From positions 1 to 58,874 of the IMG/VR virus record IMGVR_UViG_3300034104_003823: a DNA stretch of 58,874 bases, one strand, 5' to 3'. A program made the position numbers and the translations under genes. Of this stretch, positions 56,980 to 58,874 are shown piece after piece (the stretch's first letter is position 1; each line of letters starts with the position of its first letter). The notes under the pieces are model-generated. The model ran no database searches. It saw only the letters and a program-made list of their open reading frames with translations, and had not been told where the DNA came from. This DNA is from a virus. Lineage: Duplodnaviria > Caudoviricetes.

Positions 56980-57763
56980 AATGTTTAGAATAACCAAGTT
57001 CCTCAATCATTAGCTTACCAACTTTAATTCCGTTGTAAGTATCATCCACAACAACATATTCATTTCTTGTGTGCATATTGTAATAACCAATTGATATGTT
57101 AAAACAAGATATACCATACCTTTGATTTAACGGATATATGTCCGTATAAGGGTGGTGTTGATATTTTACATCACCTGGAAAGTGTTCTGTAATTAAACGA
57201 CCACCAACTTCAAAAAATTGGCTGTTTCTATTAAACATTGGTTTTGACATAAGATATTCAGAAATCATATTGTTTTCCGGAGCATCAAACTGAATAACAT
57301 AACCAACATTTTTAAAAAATTCTGGATCTGAATTAAACGAACCTTTACAACCAGTTTCTTCTGCAACAAAAAATGCGGCCTTTAGGTTTGGTAGTTCTTT
57401 TAATAATTCAAGACAACCGTATACACCACACTTATCATCACCACCAATACCGGTCGGATTACCATTATCATTATATGCTTTTAATGCCAATTTAATTTCT
57501 TTTTGTGCATTTGGGAGCATTTCTTCTCTAACATTTATTGTATCAATTGCGTGAACCGTATCTGTATGTGCTACAACACAAGGAAAATACTCAACATCTT
57601 CGTCAGTTTGTTTTAAAGCATAAACATTGTTAAACTGGTCAATATAAAATGGAATATCATTTTTTTCCAACCACTCACAAATAAATTCAACCATTAAACC
57701 TTCTTGATATGTTTTTGTTGGGACTGATAATACTTCCTTTAACAATTCAAAATTTCTTTCCAT
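56978..57763 (-). CDS. M20/M28/M42-clan zinc peptidase
   Basis: AHTDTVH, GGDDKCG, AEETG..GS, QFD, GYYNMHT..E. Confidence 0.8.
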   Translation of the reverse strand: MERNFELLKEVLSVPTKTYQEGLMVEFICEWLEKNDIPFYIDQFNNVYALKQTDEDVEYFPCVVAHTDTVHAIDTINVREEMLPNAQKEIKLALKAYNDNGNPTGIGGDDKCGVYGCLELLKELPNLKAAFFVAEETGCKGSFNSDPEFFKNVGYVIQFDAPENNMISEYLMSKPMFNRNSQFFEVGGRLITEHFPGDVKYQHHPYTDIYPLNQRYGISCFNISIGYYNMHTRNEYVVVDDTYNGIKVGKLMIEELGYSKH

Positions 57764-57767
57764 ACAT

Positions 57768-57798
57768 CAAATATAAAAAGAATAATTCAATTTACAAA
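57768..57798 (-). promoter_or_regulatory. Bacteroidota-type promoter
   Basis: TTTG-N19-TATATTTG matches the -33/-7 consensus TTTG / TAnnTTTG. Confidence 0.55.
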
Positions 57799-58847
57799 AG
57801 TTTTTTTAAAATTTTTCTAATACTTTCAAATAATTCTAAATTATATATCATAGTATTTAAATCTTCAACATTATTTACACTCCTCATTTGACCACTTGAT
57901 TGAAATTTTTTTGCGTAAATTATCCTTAATGTATTTGTATCTCTATCAATATCGTGAAATTTAATCCGATTACCATTTTGAATATTAATCCATTTATCAA
58001 AACCACCAAGTTTGGTAACTCTATCCATTAAAGCTATATATTCTTCATAATCCGGATTATTTTCCAATGTTTCTTCGGCAGCCTCAAGCATCTTATCTAA
58101 ATTATTATCATATGATCTATTTATAGCTTCTCTATCAAAATCACTACACCAAACATTATATTCTAACTCATACCAATCACCACGATTCACATTTTTTTGG
58201 TACCTTTCAACAAGAACTTTTAATAAACCTTTTAAATCTTCATCTTCAGCTTTTAATGTTCTATACCAATTAAGTAAAATACCAACAGTTGTTTTAAATT
58301 TATAAGCGTGCTGCTCCTCAACAATACCGTGTTTTAAAAATGGATTTTTTGTTTCTTTTTCTAAAAAACTTATAACTTCTCTACTAATACACTGTTCAGA
58401 TTCATAAGCATAATCATAGATAATATCATCTACCTCATTATTAAATGTACTATCTAAAAAATTTGCAACAATATGAGTATTTTCATTAGTTAATATGAGT
58501 TTTGGGTTTGTAAGTTTTAAAATTTGTCTTACTTTTTCTTTTTGTTCTTCGTTAAAACTATCAATAAGATATCCTTCTTCCCAATCAGACCTCCATCTTT
58601 CAGTATCAACATCATCACCATAATATCCTCTACCCATAAATTTACACCAAGTCCATATATCTTCATCATTATCAATTCCTAAAACATCTAAAAAATCATC
58701 ATCACTATCAAAAGCAATTATAACTTGTGTTGATTGTGGGTATTTGGTCGGACGAATATCATAAATTAACTTATCTGGATAATTCCATCTACTAACTTCT
58801 TCACCGTCATAAATATTTTTTAAAAATTCGTAGGTTTCACTTGCCAT
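57792..58847 (-). CDS. Hypothetical acidic protein
   Basis: 351 aa; TATTTAT at 58853-58859; ends LFESIRKILKKLL. Confidence 0.7.
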   Translation of the reverse strand: MASETYEFLKNIYDGEEVSRWNYPDKLIYDIRPTKYPQSTQVIIAFDSDDDFLDVLGIDNDEDIWTWCKFMGRGYYGDDVDTERWRSDWEEGYLIDSFNEEQKEKVRQILKLTNPKLILTNENTHIVANFLDSTFNNEVDDIIYDYAYESEQCISREVISFLEKETKNPFLKHGIVEEQHAYKFKTTVGILLNWYRTLKAEDEDLKGLLKVLVERYQKNVNRGDWYELEYNVWCSDFDREAINRSYDNNLDKMLEAAEETLENNPDYEEYIALMDRVTKLGGFDKWINIQNGNRIKFHDIDRDTNTLRIIYAKKFQSSGQMRSVNNVEDLNTMIYNLELFESIRKILKKLL

Positions 58848-58874
58848 ATTAAATAAATATAATTATATTTGTAT

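Noticed and set aside
1-58874. Stop-codon reassignment as in some jumbo phages
   Set aside because: Core genes are full length under the standard code, with high coding density; TAG and TGA both serve as stops.

Overview
AT-rich, gene-dense segment of a large (jumbo-type) T4-like tailed phage genome using the standard genetic code, most likely infecting Bacteroidota (probably Flavobacteriales). It contains the head morphogenesis module on the minus strand (terminase, gp20-like portal, gp21-like protease, acidic scaffold, gp23-like major capsid protein) with a ribosomal protein bS21 gene inserted in the opposite orientation. Also present: two GG-N repeat fibre proteins, a lectin-like/papain-protease fusion, a gp5-like baseplate hub, a large glycosyltransferase/nucleotide-metabolism cluster (dUTPase, PhoH, exonuclease, methyltransferase), a gp55-like sigma factor, a host-like CUB/GEVED/T9SS-type secreted protein, WYL, KTSC and nucleotidyltransferase genes, and a divergent ClpC / UVR-protein pair with palindromic operators. 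Main signals read from the sequence: (i) a candidate late promoter RTATTTAT before at least 17 genes, which is the reverse complement of the T4 late promoter core; (ii) an N-domain-less ClpC plus a twin-UVR protein sharing TGACA-N3-TGTCA boxes; (iii) a late-type, SD-less bS21 that keeps the anti-SD-sequestering Tyr54; (iv) a shared amphipathic 'IKKIIRE'-type tag on many unrelated proteins; (v) nested domain-in-domain fibre modules. No tRNA, rRNA, CRISPR array or mobile element was recognised. All family calls come from motif recognition by eye, not database searches.
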